A program made the position numbers and the translations under genes. Of a DNA stretch of 32,000 bases, positions 7,687 through 18,615 are shown one piece after another. Origin of the DNA: an uncultured archaeon. GTDB taxonomy: Archaea > Iainarchaeota > Iainarchaeia > Iainarchaeales > 0-14-0-20-30-16. The DNA lies in NCBI GenBank assembly GCA_964565725.1, contig CAZMGA010000004.1:5954-37953 (forward strand), given 5' to 3'. The notes below the pieces were generated by a model. That model searched no databases, was not told the DNA's origin, and saw only the letters and a program-made list of their open reading frames with translations. Positions within the stretch are counted from its first letter, which is position 1. Each line of letters starts with the position of its first letter.

Positions 7687-10317
7687 ATGAAAATATTAAC
7701 TATAAATGAAGCTCCAAAGAGTGAACAAGTTTCAGCATTATTAAGACCTTATTTTAAAAAATGGTTTTTTAATAAATATAAAGATTTTACTGAACCACAA
7801 AAATTATCTATACCTTCAATTTATTTAGAAAATAATACTTTGATTACTGCTCCAACAGGTTCTGGAAAAACAATTTCTGCTTTTGGGGCTATATTAAATG
7901 ATTTGTTTAAAAAATCTGAAAAAAAAGAATTAAAAAAAGAAATTTATTGTATTTACATAAGTCCATTAAAAGCATTAATTAATGATGTAGAAAAAAATTT
8001 AATGTTGCCATTAGAAGAAATAAAAGTATTTGCAAAAAAAGAAAAAATAGATTTAAATGTTAGTGTAAGTATAAGAACTGGAGATGTAGAAGCAAAAGAA
8101 AAAGCTAAGCAATTGAGAAATCCTCCTACTATTTTATGTACTACGCCAGAAACATTAGCAATATTATTGAGTACTACTAAATTTAAAGAGAAATTAAAAA
8201 GTGTAAAATATGTAGTAATAGATGAAATTCACGAATTAGCAAATTCTAAACGAGGGGCGCACTTATCTTTAAGTTTAGAACGTTTACAAAATTTAACTGG
8301 AAATAAATTAATTAGAATAGGTTTAGGTGCAACATTAGAACCATTAGAAGAAGTAGCTAAATTTTTAGTAGGTTATAACGATAAAAAATTAAGAGATTGT
8401 ATTATTATAGATGGTAGATTTATTAAAAAAACAAATATTAAAGTTTTTTCACCTAGCCCTGACTTAATTTATATGGATGGAGAACAAATAAATGAAAAGT
8501 TATATTCCGAATTAAATAAATTAATTAAAATGCATAAAACTACATTAATTTTTACAAATACTAGATCTGGGACTGAAAGAATTGTTCATAATTTAAAAGA
8601 AAATTTTCCTGAAACTTATAGCGAAGAGGATATTGGTGCACATCATTCAAGTGTGTCTAAAAATATTAGGTTAGATTTAGAAAATAAATTAAAAGAAGGA
8701 AAATTAAAAGTAATTGTTAGTTCAACAAGTTTAGAATTAGGTATTGATATAGGGTATGTTGATTTAGTAGTACAAATTGGTTCTCCTAAATCCGTATCAA
8801 AAGCATTACAAAGAATAGGTAGAGCTAATCACAAAGTTAATTCAATTGCAAAAGGAAGAGTTATTTGTTTAGATAGAGATGATTTAGTGGAAACCAATGT
8901 GATGTTTAAAAAAGCAGAAGAATATTGGTTAGATAGGATCTATATTGTTAAAAATTGTTTAGACGTTTTATGTCAACAAATAATTGGTTTAAGTTTAGAA
9001 AATAAATGGAATATTAATGATGCTTTTAATTTAATAAAAAATTCTTATTGTTATCATGATTTAAAAGAAGAAGATTATTTTTTAGTTTTAAATTATTTGG
9101 CTGGAAAATATCATAGTTTAGAAGAAAAAAAAGTTTATGCTAAAATTTATTTGGATGATGAAAATAAAGAATTTGGAAAAAGAGGAAAATTAGCTAGAGC
9201 AATTTATTCTATGAATGTTGGTACTATACCTGATGAAGTTAAAGTTAAAGTAAAAACTAAAGATGGAAAAATTATTGGGTCTATAGAAGAGGATTTTTTA
9301 TCTCGTTTAACCAAAGGAGATATTTTTGTATTAGCTGGAAATACTTATCAATATTTGTATTCAAAAGGTATGACTGCAACAGTAATTTATGTTAAAGATA
9401 AAAAACCAACAGTACCATCGTGGTTTTCTGAACAATTACCATTAAATTATGATTTGGCAATTGAAATAGGCAAGTTCAGATCAGAAATATTTCATTTATT
9501 AAAATTAAAATCTAAAACAGAAGTAATTGAATTTGTTTTAGAAAATTATAAAATAAATGATTATGGTGCAAAAGCAATTGTGGATTATTTTTATTATCAA
9601 TTAAAATTTTTAGAAAAATTAAAAATAATTGATTACCCATCAGACGTAAATTTATTGATTGAAAATTATGTTGATGATAGTGGAAATAAAAATTTAATAT
9701 TTCATAGTTTGTATGGAAGAAGAGTAAATGATGCATTATCACGAGTTTTTGCATATGTTTTATCAAGATATGTTGAAAGATCAATACCTATTACTGTAAA
9801 CGATAATGGGTTTATTTTAATGGTTCATGCTGCAGATAAATTTTTGATGCCATCCCCATTAGAATTATTGTCTAGAATAAACAACAAAAATTTTGAAGAA
9901 TTATTAATATTGGCTATAAAACAAACAGAGTTAGTTAAAAGAAAGTTTAGACATGTAGCATCTCGTTCATTTATGATATTAAGAAATTATATGGGTCATG
10001 AATCTAATGTTGGTTGGCAACAAATAAGTTCAGAAAGATTATTTAAAGTTTGTGAATCTATTGAAAATTTTCCAATAATTAAAGAAACATATAGAGAGAT
10101 AATAGAAGACTATATGGATGTAAAAACTGCTAAAGAAATATTAAAAAATATTGAGGATAAAAAAATTAAAATGAAATTTTTGCCTGAAAGTTCTTTGCCT
10201 TCTCCATTTGCACATAATTTATTGGTTTTATCTGATTTAGATATTGTTTTAATTGATGATAGAAAAAAAGCATTATTAGAATTACATAAAAAAATTATTG
10301 AGGATGTAGGAATATGA
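7687..10317 (+). CDS. lhr: Lhr-family ATP-dependent superfamily 2 helicase
   Basis: TAPTGSGKTISAF, VIDEIHELANSKRGAHLSLSLERL, STSLELGIDIGYVDLVVQIGSPKSVSKALQRIGRANH; 876 aa. Confidence 0.93.
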   Translation: MKILTINEAPKSEQVSALLRPYFKKWFFNKYKDFTEPQKLSIPSIYLENNTLITAPTGSGKTISAFGAILNDLFKKSEKKELKKEIYCIYISPLKALINDVEKNLMLPLEEIKVFAKKEKIDLNVSVSIRTGDVEAKEKAKQLRNPPTILCTTPETLAILLSTTKFKEKLKSVKYVVIDEIHELANSKRGAHLSLSLERLQNLTGNKLIRIGLGATLEPLEEVAKFLVGYNDKKLRDCIIIDGRFIKKTNIKVFSPSPDLIYMDGEQINEKLYSELNKLIKMHKTTLIFTNTRSGTERIVHNLKENFPETYSEEDIGAHHSSVSKNIRLDLENKLKEGKLKVIVSSTSLELGIDIGYVDLVVQIGSPKSVSKALQRIGRANHKVNSIAKGRVICLDRDDLVETNVMFKKAEEYWLDRIYIVKNCLDVLCQQIIGLSLENKWNINDAFNLIKNSYCYHDLKEEDYFLVLNYLAGKYHSLEEKKVYAKIYLDDENKEFGKRGKLARAIYSMNVGTIPDEVKVKVKTKDGKIIGSIEEDFLSRLTKGDIFVLAGNTYQYLYSKGMTATVIYVKDKKPTVPSWFSEQLPLNYDLAIEIGKFRSEIFHLLKLKSKTEVIEFVLENYKINDYGAKAIVDYFYYQLKFLEKLKIIDYPSDVNLLIENYVDDSGNKNLIFHSLYGRRVNDALSRVFAYVLSRYVERSIPITVNDNGFILMVHAADKFLMPSPLELLSRINNKNFEELLILAIKQTELVKRKFRHVASRSFMILRNYMGHESNVGWQQISSERLFKVCESIENFPIIKETYREIIEDYMDVKTAKEILKNIEDKKIKMKFLPESSLPSPFAHNLLVLSDLDIVLIDDRKKALLELHKKIIEDVGI

Positions 10318-11063
10318 TAAAAATTTTTGATAATATTTATTGCATTGATAAAGCATTGTTTTTTAAAAAACAAAAACTTTTAGTTATTTCTGATTTGCAA
10401 ATAGGTCAAGAATCTTATTTGGCAAATTCTGGTATTTTTGTGCCCCAGTTTCAAACCAATGAAATGATAATTAATTTGAAAAGTTTAATAAAAAAAACTA
10501 ATGCCCAAACAGTTTTAATAAATGGGGATTTTAAACATAATTTTTCTTCTGCATTAAATCAAGAATGGAGAGAAATATCTAGATTTATATTGGAAATAAA
10601 AGAGTTAGTTAAAAATATTGTAATTGTGAAAGGTAATCATGATAATTTTTTACAAAATATATTAAATCAACACAATATTAGATTAGTTAATTTTGCATTA
10701 ATTGATGAATATTTGTTTTTACATGGCGATAAAAACTTAGATTTTGATTTAAAAAAATACACTACTTTAATAATAGGTCATGAACAACCAGCAATAGTTT
10801 TGCGTCAAGGTTTTGAAAAGTTTAAAATTCCTTGTTTTTTGTATGGTAAAACTTTTGATGAAAAACAGTTTATATTATTACCTAGCTTTTCTCCTTTATC
10901 ATCTGGTGTTGAAATAAATAATATTGAAAAAAAAGATTTATTAAGTCCTATCCTTAAAAACAATTTAGATTTAGATTCTTTGAAAGTTATAGCTATAGAT
11001 AAAGATGCTGGAATTTTAAAATTTCCAGAAATTAAAAAGTTAAGAGAATTATTGTTTTTTTAA
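10314..11063 (+). CDS. Lhr-associated calcineurin-like metallophosphoesterase
   Basis: LVISDLQIGQ, LINGDFKHN, VIVKGNHDN, FLHGDKN, IIGHEQP; 4-nt overlap with lhr. Confidence 0.85.
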   Translation: MIKIFDNIYCIDKALFFKKQKLLVISDLQIGQESYLANSGIFVPQFQTNEMIINLKSLIKKTNAQTVLINGDFKHNFSSALNQEWREISRFILEIKELVKNIVIVKGNHDNFLQNILNQHNIRLVNFALIDEYLFLHGDKNLDFDLKKYTTLIIGHEQPAIVLRQGFEKFKIPCFLYGKTFDEKQFILLPSFSPLSSGVEINNIEKKDLLSPILKNNLDLDSLKVIAIDKDAGILKFPEIKKLRELLFF

Positions 11064-12137
11064 TTCCATCAAAATATTTATTGCATCTTTTATATCTTTA
11101 GTGCTTTGTTTATTTTGGGATACATTTAATTTATTTTTTAAAAATTTAATATGTTTGTTAATTTCTGTAATTGATAAATTAGGTATAGTAAAAATATATC
11201 CTGTTAATGCTCTTAGATATTCTGGTGTTGAATTATTTAATTCTGAAACTAACCTCTCAAAAATTTTTCTTGCTGAATTTCTCTGATTGGCATTATCTAA
11301 GCAGTAAGCTTTTATTAATTCTCCTTTTACTTCTAATTTTTTATCTCCTATTTCTTTTGCAAGTTTTATAAATTCATCTATATTCTTAAATACCTTTGAA
11401 TAGTTTTTATTTTTTCTTAATGCTTCAAAATAAACCCAAGAAACATTTAATTTTACTGGATAATCTAATGGTATAGATTCATATATTTCAATAATTGTAG
11501 AATACATTTCTTTGTCATAAAAATATCTTAATGATTTATATAGGGAAAAATTATCAAATTCATAATTTTTTATTTTTTTAATAATTTCTTCAATTGCTAA
11601 TTTAGGTTTGAATTTTATCAAAAACAAAATTTTTTTTAATTCTAATAATTCCATTTCCCTTTTATTTAAGTTTTTAGTTTTGGCCATATTATAAGTAATG
11701 GAAAAAGAAGTAGTATCATTAATTTCTAAGAAAAAATCTAACAATTCAAAAATTAAATTTAAATTTGGTTTTATGTGGCTATATTTTTTTAGAATAATTT
11801 TTATTTCATCATATTTTTTTAAATTTTTTAGTATGCCTATATAGTTTCCCAAAATATTGTTCATATCTATATTTTTACTTTCTGCCAAATAAAAAATTCT
11901 TTTTGCCACATCATAATTTCTTAAATATTTTGCACATTCTATAGCTAAATAAAAAACTCTTTCGTTGGTATTTCCTAATTCTATTAAACTTTTTAAACCT
12001 CTTAAAGCAGAATGATAATCTTTTTTTTGTATTTGGTTATTAATTTTATCTATTTTTTTTGCTTGTTTTTGTGTAGATCTAGTAATGGTTGGAAGTTCTT
12101 TAATTTTTCTACGTATAGGTTCTAAATTTTTAGGCAT
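11049..12137 (-). CDS. TPR-like alpha-solenoid protein, function unknown
   Basis: Helical repeats throughout (ALRGLKSLIELGNTNERVFYLAIECAKYLRNYDVAKRIFYLAE...). Confidence 0.55.
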   Translation of the reverse strand: MPKNLEPIRRKIKELPTITRSTQKQAKKIDKINNQIQKKDYHSALRGLKSLIELGNTNERVFYLAIECAKYLRNYDVAKRIFYLAESKNIDMNNILGNYIGILKNLKKYDEIKIILKKYSHIKPNLNLIFELLDFFLEINDTTSFSITYNMAKTKNLNKREMELLELKKILFLIKFKPKLAIEEIIKKIKNYEFDNFSLYKSLRYFYDKEMYSTIIEIYESIPLDYPVKLNVSWVYFEALRKNKNYSKVFKNIDEFIKLAKEIGDKKLEVKGELIKAYCLDNANQRNSARKIFERLVSELNNSTPEYLRALTGYIFTIPNLSITEINKHIKFLKNKLNVSQNKQSTKDIKDAINILMELKKQ

Positions 12138-12144
12138 AATATCC

Positions 12145-12345
12145 CTAATAGTCTTTTTTCAAATTTTTTCCTTTTAATCCTTTAGTATCATCTGGATTAA
12201 TATCAAAATCTACTCGATCTCCAACAGAAACATTTTCTCTTAATGAATTAGTAGAAACAAAATATTCTAAGCCATCATCACCAGAAACAACAATAAATTT
12301 TTTAGGTAAATTCTTGATTTTAATTATTCCTTTCATAAACTTCAA
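12145..12345 (-). CDS. Cold-shock-like/OB-fold small protein
   Basis: KGIIKIKNLPKKFIVVSGDDGLEYFVSTNSLRENVSVGDRVDFDINPDDTKGLKGKNLKK follows cold-shock domain spacing. Confidence 0.6.
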   Translation of the reverse strand: MKFMKGIIKIKNLPKKFIVVSGDDGLEYFVSTNSLRENVSVGDRVDFDINPDDTKGLKGKNLKKDY

Positions 12346-12392
12346 CTCATATATTATAATATATCTATAAATATATAAATTTAATTAAAAAA

Positions 12393-14189
12393 TTACATTT
12401 TTCCTATAAATTCAGAAAATTTATTATTATCAAATTTTCTTAAATTATAATCAATTGGTAGTAATTGATTATATTTAGACCAGCCAAACCTTTTATCTAA
12501 AAGTAAAATAAATGCTTTATCTGTTTCAGATCTTATACCTCTTCCACAAGCTTGAACTATTTTGGATATTGTAGGATATAAATAAGCATAATTCCAACCT
12601 TGAACTGTTTTTTTATCATAAAATTCAATTAATGCATTCATTTCGTAATCAGGTTCTGGAAAAGGAAAACCTACCATTATTATTCCAATTAAATCATCAC
12701 CAGGATAATCTACACCTTCTGAAAACGATCCACCTACTACTGCAAATAATACTGAACCAAAACCAACTTTATTTTTTTTGAAATTTGCAATTAATCTTTT
12801 AGTTTGTGTAACATTTTGATTTTTTTCTTGAACATATATTTTTTTAATTATTTTTTGAGAAATTCTTAAATATACGCTTTGTAATATATCATAACTTGGA
12901 AAAAATACAGCTATATTTCCAGATACTTTGTTTGTAATATTAATTATAATATCTATAATTTTTGGTATACTTTCTTTTCGTTCTTCATATTTTGTTGTTA
13001 CATTATCAAAATACATAACTAATTTATTTTCATTAGGAAACGGACTTTTAAATTGTTTGAAATAAGGTCTTTTTATACCTAATAATTCAGAATACATATT
13101 AAGAGGGCTAAATGTTCCAGACATTAAAATACAACCAAAACATTCTTCAAAAATAACATCAGATAAATATGATGGATCTAAACCTTTGATATGAATTGTA
13201 TCTTCTGTTTTATATCTCGTTTTTACTTTTGAATCATGCATCCATGCTAAAATAAAATTAAAAATTTTGTTTAGATTCGATTTTTTTTTATCTAATTCTA
13301 AAATATAATCGCAAGCAGTTGCCAAAGATTCTAATATTTCTGAATTTTCAAATAATGTGCCAAAAGAATTTGTATCTAAAAAACCATTTTTTAAATTATT
13401 AAAACAATATTCAAAATCTTCTAAAAATTCAGTAATATCATAAATTTTTTCTTTTGGTACTTTTTCCCAATCTTTTTTTGCATTTATTATTTGTTTTAAA
13501 GATAAGTTATCAGACAAAATATTTCTTAAACGTGATGGTAAATTGTGGGCTTCATCAAAAATAAAAATTACATCTTCCAAACCAATATTTATTTTGTTAA
13601 ATATATTGTTTCTAATTTTATTTATGAATATATGATTTACATCACAAATTATAATATTTGCGCTTTTTGCTACCTTTAAACCCATTTCATAAGGACAAAG
13701 TTGTTTACTATTACATAACTCTCTAAACTCTTCCGCACTTTCTATTTTATATTCATTTATAAAATCGTTAACTACGTTTGTTTTAAAAGGTCCATGTCCA
13801 TTTGCATTTAAATAGGGATAACAACTTTGATTTTTTATTTTTTTTTCACATAATTCATAAAATTCTGGCCCCAAATTATACAAAAAAGGATCTATACATA
13901 AATTGCTTTTTGATATTAAATCTAAGGCAATAAATTTTTTATCAAATTTTTTATTTATTTCTTTAATAGTATCTATTACTATTTTATGTTGCGAATTTTT
14001 AGGAGTTACAAAAAATATTTTTTTATTATTTTTTTCTGCATATTCTAAAGCAACAGCTAAAGAAGCATCAGTTTTTCCTAAACCCGTTGGTGCTTCAAAT
14101 AATCCTATTAAATTATTATTTAAAACATAATCTATTTCTTTAATTAATACGTCCTGTCCAAGCCTAATTTTATTGTGTCTAAAATACAT
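12393..14189 (-). CDS. XPD/Rad3/DinG-like superfamily 2 DNA helicase with probable Fe-S cysteine cluster
   Basis: EAPTGLGKTDASLAVA, DEAHNLP, cysteines in LCIDPF/CEKKIKNQSCYPY/LCPYEMG, VQACGRGIRSETDKAFILLLDKRF. Confidence 0.85.
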   Translation of the reverse strand: MYFRHNKIRLGQDVLIKEIDYVLNNNLIGLFEAPTGLGKTDASLAVALEYAEKNNKKIFFVTPKNSQHKIVIDTIKEINKKFDKKFIALDLISKSNLCIDPFLYNLGPEFYELCEKKIKNQSCYPYLNANGHGPFKTNVVNDFINEYKIESAEEFRELCNSKQLCPYEMGLKVAKSANIIICDVNHIFINKIRNNIFNKINIGLEDVIFIFDEAHNLPSRLRNILSDNLSLKQIINAKKDWEKVPKEKIYDITEFLEDFEYCFNNLKNGFLDTNSFGTLFENSEILESLATACDYILELDKKKSNLNKIFNFILAWMHDSKVKTRYKTEDTIHIKGLDPSYLSDVIFEECFGCILMSGTFSPLNMYSELLGIKRPYFKQFKSPFPNENKLVMYFDNVTTKYEERKESIPKIIDIIINITNKVSGNIAVFFPSYDILQSVYLRISQKIIKKIYVQEKNQNVTQTKRLIANFKKNKVGFGSVLFAVVGGSFSEGVDYPGDDLIGIIMVGFPFPEPDYEMNALIEFYDKKTVQGWNYAYLYPTISKIVQACGRGIRSETDKAFILLLDKRFGWSKYNQLLPIDYNLRKFDNNKFSEFIGKM

Positions 14190-14195
14190 ATAAAT

Positions 14196-15053
14196 CTAAC
14201 CTATTATTAAATATGTTTCAATTAATGCACCTATAAAAATACAAGCTATAGATGCAAAAAGAATTATTGTTAAATCTATTAAAATCTTTTTTAAGTTAGA
14301 TCTTATATTTATATAATGTCCATGAAGGATTGCAGAAATAATGCCTCCAGATATTGCCGCCAAAAAATATGCAAAGAATTCAAAAATTCCATGTGGTAGT
14401 AAGCCAAGACCTAAAAAAGAACCATGTAAAAAGGCAATTAATTTTCCCGAACTAAAATTTGCATAAATAGGTATTAGAGATATTATTTCAGCTCCTACTA
14501 TAGTTCCAAAAACACTAGCTTGATATATAATAATGAATAACGCCCCAACACCAAATAAAAAAGAAAATAAGAGAATTGCTAAAATAACCCCCAAATTATT
14601 TAGAAAAATATATCCAAATAAACCTTGAGGGTTTGATAAATATAAATTTCCACTTATGTTTATTGTATCTTTAATATTATCTACAGTATTTAAAGTATTC
14701 AATTGTTCTGTAAATATTATTTCTTTGTAAGATACAGGTAAAAATACAAATAATAAAGTAAATATTACTGAAACAGTAATAAATATTTTCAAATAAATTT
14801 TAATTAAAAAACCATATTTTGCAAAAAATTTTTTTTCTTTTGACAAAACTATTTTTTCTCTTGTAAAATATACTCTATTTAAAAAATACATAAAGGCAAT
14901 AGTAGTAAATGCTATTGATAAAATACTTGTATTTTGTTTAAAAAAAATTAAAGATATGCCTATAGAAAATAAACAAATTATAGCTGTATATATAAAAAGA
15001 AGAAATTTATTTTTTAATAATGAATCAGTAGGAAATATACTTTCTAAAACCAT
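14196..15053 (-). CDS. SpoIIM-family (stage II sporulation protein M-like) membrane protein
   Basis: Multi-pass; LNNLGVILAILLFSFLFGVGALFIIIYQASVFGTIVG and LLPHGIFEFFAYFLAAISGGIIS. Confidence 0.8.
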   Translation of the reverse strand: MVLESIFPTDSLLKNKFLLFIYTAIICLFSIGISLIFFKQNTSILSIAFTTIAFMYFLNRVYFTREKIVLSKEKKFFAKYGFLIKIYLKIFITVSVIFTLLFVFLPVSYKEIIFTEQLNTLNTVDNIKDTINISGNLYLSNPQGLFGYIFLNNLGVILAILLFSFLFGVGALFIIIYQASVFGTIVGAEIISLIPIYANFSSGKLIAFLHGSFLGLGLLPHGIFEFFAYFLAAISGGIISAILHGHYINIRSNLKKILIDLTIILFASIACIFIGALIETYLIIG

Positions 15054-15120
15054 AAATAAATAAATACAGAATAAATATAAATGCTATTATTATATATAAT
15101 ATAAGTTAGTAGGTGATGTT

Positions 15121-15621
15121 ATGGATAGAACTCATTTAGAAAAAACATTAGTTTTATTAAAACCCGATGCTTTGCAAAGAGGTATTTGTGGAGAAATAAT
15201 TCATAGATTTGAAAGAGTGGGCCTAGATATAGTTGCTATGAAAATGATTTGGATAGATAAAGATTTTGCAGCAAAACATTATTTTGATGTTAAAAAAAGA
15301 CATGGTGAAAAAGTGTTAAATAATTTAACAGCGTATTTAATAGATGGTCCTGTTATAGCAATGGTTTTAGAAGGTGTAGAATCAATAGCTATAGTGAGAA
15401 AAATGGTTGGTGCAACTTATCCTTTTGATGCTATTCCAGGAACTATTAGAGGAGATTTTTCACATATTTCTAAAGATTATGCTAACAAATATGAAAAAAC
15501 AGTATCAAATTTAATTCATGCATCATCTAAAAAAGAAGATGCAGAATACGAAATAAATTTATGGTTTGATAAAAGCGAAATTCATTCTTTTGATAGATTA
15601 AGTGATAGATATATTATTTAG
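15121..15621 (+). CDS. ndk: Nucleoside diphosphate kinase
   Basis: EKTLVLLKPDALQRGICGEII, GPVIAMVLEG, GATYPFDAIPGTIRGDF, NLIHASSKKEDAEYEINLWF. Confidence 0.95.
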   Translation: MDRTHLEKTLVLLKPDALQRGICGEIIHRFERVGLDIVAMKMIWIDKDFAAKHYFDVKKRHGEKVLNNLTAYLIDGPVIAMVLEGVESIAIVRKMVGATYPFDAIPGTIRGDFSHISKDYANKYEKTVSNLIHASSKKEDAEYEINLWFDKSEIHSFDRLSDRYII

Positions 15622-15628
15622 GTGTTAG

Positions 15629-16960
15629 ATGTTAGAATATATAGATACTCTTGAATCAAAATTAAAAAATGCGGATTACTATAGAATAAATATTATTGAA
15701 AAAGAAATCCAATCTTCTGAAATTAAAGAAGGGGTTATTGATCAAATTATAGATTCTCAAAATAAAGGTTTAAGTATATTTTATACTTTTGGGAAATCTA
15801 GTTATTTTTACTCTACAAATAATTTAGAAAATGTAAAAAATTTTAATGTAAATAAAGATATTAAAAAAATTAAAAATTTAGATTATGTTCCTAAAGAGTC
15901 TGGAATAACAGATAGTAAAAAAATAGGAACTAAATCTAAAAATAATTTTGAAGATGTAGTAAAAGAATTAAAAGATGTTTCTAAATTAAGTCCAAATATA
16001 AAATCTCATAATATATCTTATAACACAATCAATGAAAAAAGATACACTATTTGTGAAAATACAAATATAAAACAAGAATTTAATTATGGTATTTTATATA
16101 ATCATATCACTGCAAAATCAGGAAATAAAGTAAAAAGTATAACTGATAGGATTTGTAAATCAACTAATTTAGATAATTTTTATAAAACCATTTTAGAAAA
16201 TAATGAAGAAAAAGAAAAGTTAGTAATAAAAAGTTTAAAATATAAAGAAGGTATAAAAGGGGAATTTAAAACAATTTTATATGGCGATATTACTGATTTA
16301 TTATGTCATGAAGCAATAGGTCATTCTTTAGAATCAGATCTCACATATTACAAAGAATCAATATTATGGAATAAATTAAAAGAAAAAATAGGTCCTGAAA
16401 ATATAACTTTATATGATGACCCTAGTCCTAATACAAATTATTTTGGAGTTTTTTATTATGATGATGAGGGCTTTCCTGCAAAGAAAAAAGCGTTAATTAA
16501 AAATGGATATGTAAATGATTTTATTTTGACAGATAAACATTCTCAATTATATGATTTAAAAAATAATGGTGGTGCAAGATGCGAATCATATTTGCATAAA
16601 CCAATTCCTAGAATGTCTAATACTTATTTGAAACAAGGCGATCTAACTTACGAAGAATTAATACAAGAAATGAAGAATGGGGTAATTTTAAGGCAAGGTA
16701 GTGGGGGACAAACAAATCCTATGACTGGAACATATCAGTTTGGTATTGGCTTTATTGATGTTGTAAAAAATTCAGAAATAGTTGAAACTAGAAATAATGT
16801 TTCTTTTAGTGGGAATATTTTTGATGCATTAAATCAAATTGAATTAATTTCTAAAAGTTATGGGGAATATTTTCCTGGATTTTGTGGTAAAAACGGACAA
16901 AAAGTCTTTGTAGGTGGTGGAAGCCCACATGTATTGTTAAAAAAGGTGCGATTTAAATGA
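15629..16960 (+). CDS. tldD: TldD-like metalloprotease subunit
   Basis: HEAIGHSLESD zinc motif, GARCESYLHKPIPRMSNTYL, GSGGQTNPMTGTYQFG. Confidence 0.9.
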   Translation: MLEYIDTLESKLKNADYYRINIIEKEIQSSEIKEGVIDQIIDSQNKGLSIFYTFGKSSYFYSTNNLENVKNFNVNKDIKKIKNLDYVPKESGITDSKKIGTKSKNNFEDVVKELKDVSKLSPNIKSHNISYNTINEKRYTICENTNIKQEFNYGILYNHITAKSGNKVKSITDRICKSTNLDNFYKTILENNEEKEKLVIKSLKYKEGIKGEFKTILYGDITDLLCHEAIGHSLESDLTYYKESILWNKLKEKIGPENITLYDDPSPNTNYFGVFYYDDEGFPAKKKALIKNGYVNDFILTDKHSQLYDLKNNGGARCESYLHKPIPRMSNTYLKQGDLTYEELIQEMKNGVILRQGSGGQTNPMTGTYQFGIGFIDVVKNSEIVETRNNVSFSGNIFDALNQIELISKSYGEYFPGFCGKNGQKVFVGGGSPHVLLKKVRFK

Positions 16961-18165
16961 ATTTTAGATATATACTTTTCGATAATAAACAAATTGAAAT
17001 AAATTCTATAAATTATAAAATCGTATCTATAGATGAAGTAAATAATACAAAAATAAATTTGGATGTAATTCATAATAACAAAAGATATTTTAAAAAAATA
17101 GATTTTGATGATTTTAAAAATAAAGATAAAATAATAAAAAATATGATTAAATTTGGCAAATATAAAGAATTAAAATTTTATGGCAATTTTCCAAAATATA
17201 AATTTGATGATTTAAAACTTGTCAACGAATTAAAGAATTTAAATTTAAATAATCTTTTAAAATATGTTGATGAATTAAATAAGGAAATAAAAACATTAAA
17301 TGATTTAATAAGTTTTAAAGTTTACTTAAATAAAGAATCAATGTTTACAGAATATAATTCAAAAGATGTAGAATATAATTTTGAAAAATCTTTAGTAAGT
17401 ATTATGTGTGATTGCCAATTTAAAGATTTGGAGAATATAAATATTTGTACTTATGATATATTTTCACAAAAAAAAGGAATTAATATAAAAAATATAATCA
17501 GGGATATTAAAAAGAAATATAATTTAAAAAGAAATCAAGTGGAATGTAATACTAATATAAATAATTATAATTTAATGTTTGATCCAGAAGTTTTTGCAGA
17601 TCTTATAGAGTATTATATAATTAACAATTCAGATTTAGAGAATTATATTAAAAAAGATACTTTTTTACAAAATAGTGTTTTTGATTTTAAATTGAATATT
17701 TTAGAAAAACCGTTTATAAAAAATAGTGTTTTTTCTTTAGCTTTAGATTATGATTTTGTTCCTACAAAAGAAAAATATATTATTCAAGATGGGAAGTTAG
17801 TAAATTATATTTGTGATTTGAATACAGCATTTAAATATAATAAAGAGCCATCAGGAAATTTTTTACCTAATTCTATTACAAATATTATTGTAAATAAAGG
17901 AGATAAAAGTTTTAATCAATTAATAAAAAATTCTACAATATTAATAACTGATATAATAGGATTACATACTAGTAATAGAAAAGAAGGTACATTAAATGTA
18001 TCCTGTGAAGGAGTTTTATTTGTAAATGGTAAAAAATCTAAATCCTTTAAGGATATAAAATTAAATGTGAATATTGTAGACTTATTTAAAGATATAGAAT
18101 TATCTAAAGAAACAAAACAAATTAATAACTATAATTTGCCATATGTTTATTGTAAGAGGAAATAA
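16957..18165 (+). CDS. tldE: TldE/PmbA-like protein
   Basis: 4-nt overlap with tldD; MFDPEVFADLIEYYI, NLNTAFKYNKEPSGNFLPNSITNI, ILITDIIGLHTSNRKEGTLNVSCEGVLFVNGK. Confidence 0.85.
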   Translation: MNFRYILFDNKQIEINSINYKIVSIDEVNNTKINLDVIHNNKRYFKKIDFDDFKNKDKIIKNMIKFGKYKELKFYGNFPKYKFDDLKLVNELKNLNLNNLLKYVDELNKEIKTLNDLISFKVYLNKESMFTEYNSKDVEYNFEKSLVSIMCDCQFKDLENINICTYDIFSQKKGINIKNIIRDIKKKYNLKRNQVECNTNINNYNLMFDPEVFADLIEYYIINNSDLENYIKKDTFLQNSVFDFKLNILEKPFIKNSVFSLALDYDFVPTKEKYIIQDGKLVNYICDLNTAFKYNKEPSGNFLPNSITNIIVNKGDKSFNQLIKNSTILITDIIGLHTSNRKEGTLNVSCEGVLFVNGKKSKSFKDIKLNVNIVDLFKDIELSKETKQINNYNLPYVYCKRK

Positions 18166-18166
18166 T

Positions 18167-18610
18167 ATGCTACCTATAGAACACATTTTTTTAGGATTTA
18201 TTCCTACATTTTTTTTTATTTCTGAATATAATATTTATTTCGCAATTTTGTTTTATTTTTCAACAATATTTATAGATTTTGATCATTATATTTATGCTTT
18301 GCTAATTACAAAATTTAAAACAATAGATATTTTTAAAGCCTATGATTTTTTTATTGAATTTAAAACCAAATCTACAATTATTAATCCTTTATTTATTTTT
18401 CATACTATTGAATTTATGAGTGTATTTTTAGTATTGGGTTTATATTTCCATAATATGTATTTTATAGCTGTATTTTATGGTTTGATATTTCATTTATTTT
18501 TGGATTTTTTAGATGTTATTATATCAAAAATAAAGAAACAAAATATTCATTATAAGAAGATATCTATAATTTATTACTTAATTAAATATAAACTTTTAAA
18601 AAACAAATAA
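18167..18610 (+). CDS. Multi-pass membrane protein, DUF457/YdjM-like (weak)
   Basis: MLPIEHIFLGF...IFIDFDHYIYA...FHLFLDFLDVI; the track start 18143 overlaps tldE, and the ATG at 18167 is preferred. Confidence 0.5.
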   Translation: MLPIEHIFLGFIPTFFFISEYNIYFAILFYFSTIFIDFDHYIYALLITKFKTIDIFKAYDFFIEFKTKSTIINPLFIFHTIEFMSVFLVLGLYFHNMYFIAVFYGLIFHLFLDFLDVIISKIKKQNIHYKKISIIYYLIKYKLLKNK

Positions 18611-18615
18611 AAAAA

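Noticed and set aside
9512-10373. Minus-strand ORFs 9512..9784 and 10110..10373
   Set aside because: Antisense to lhr with low-complexity Leu/His/Phe composition; no motif.
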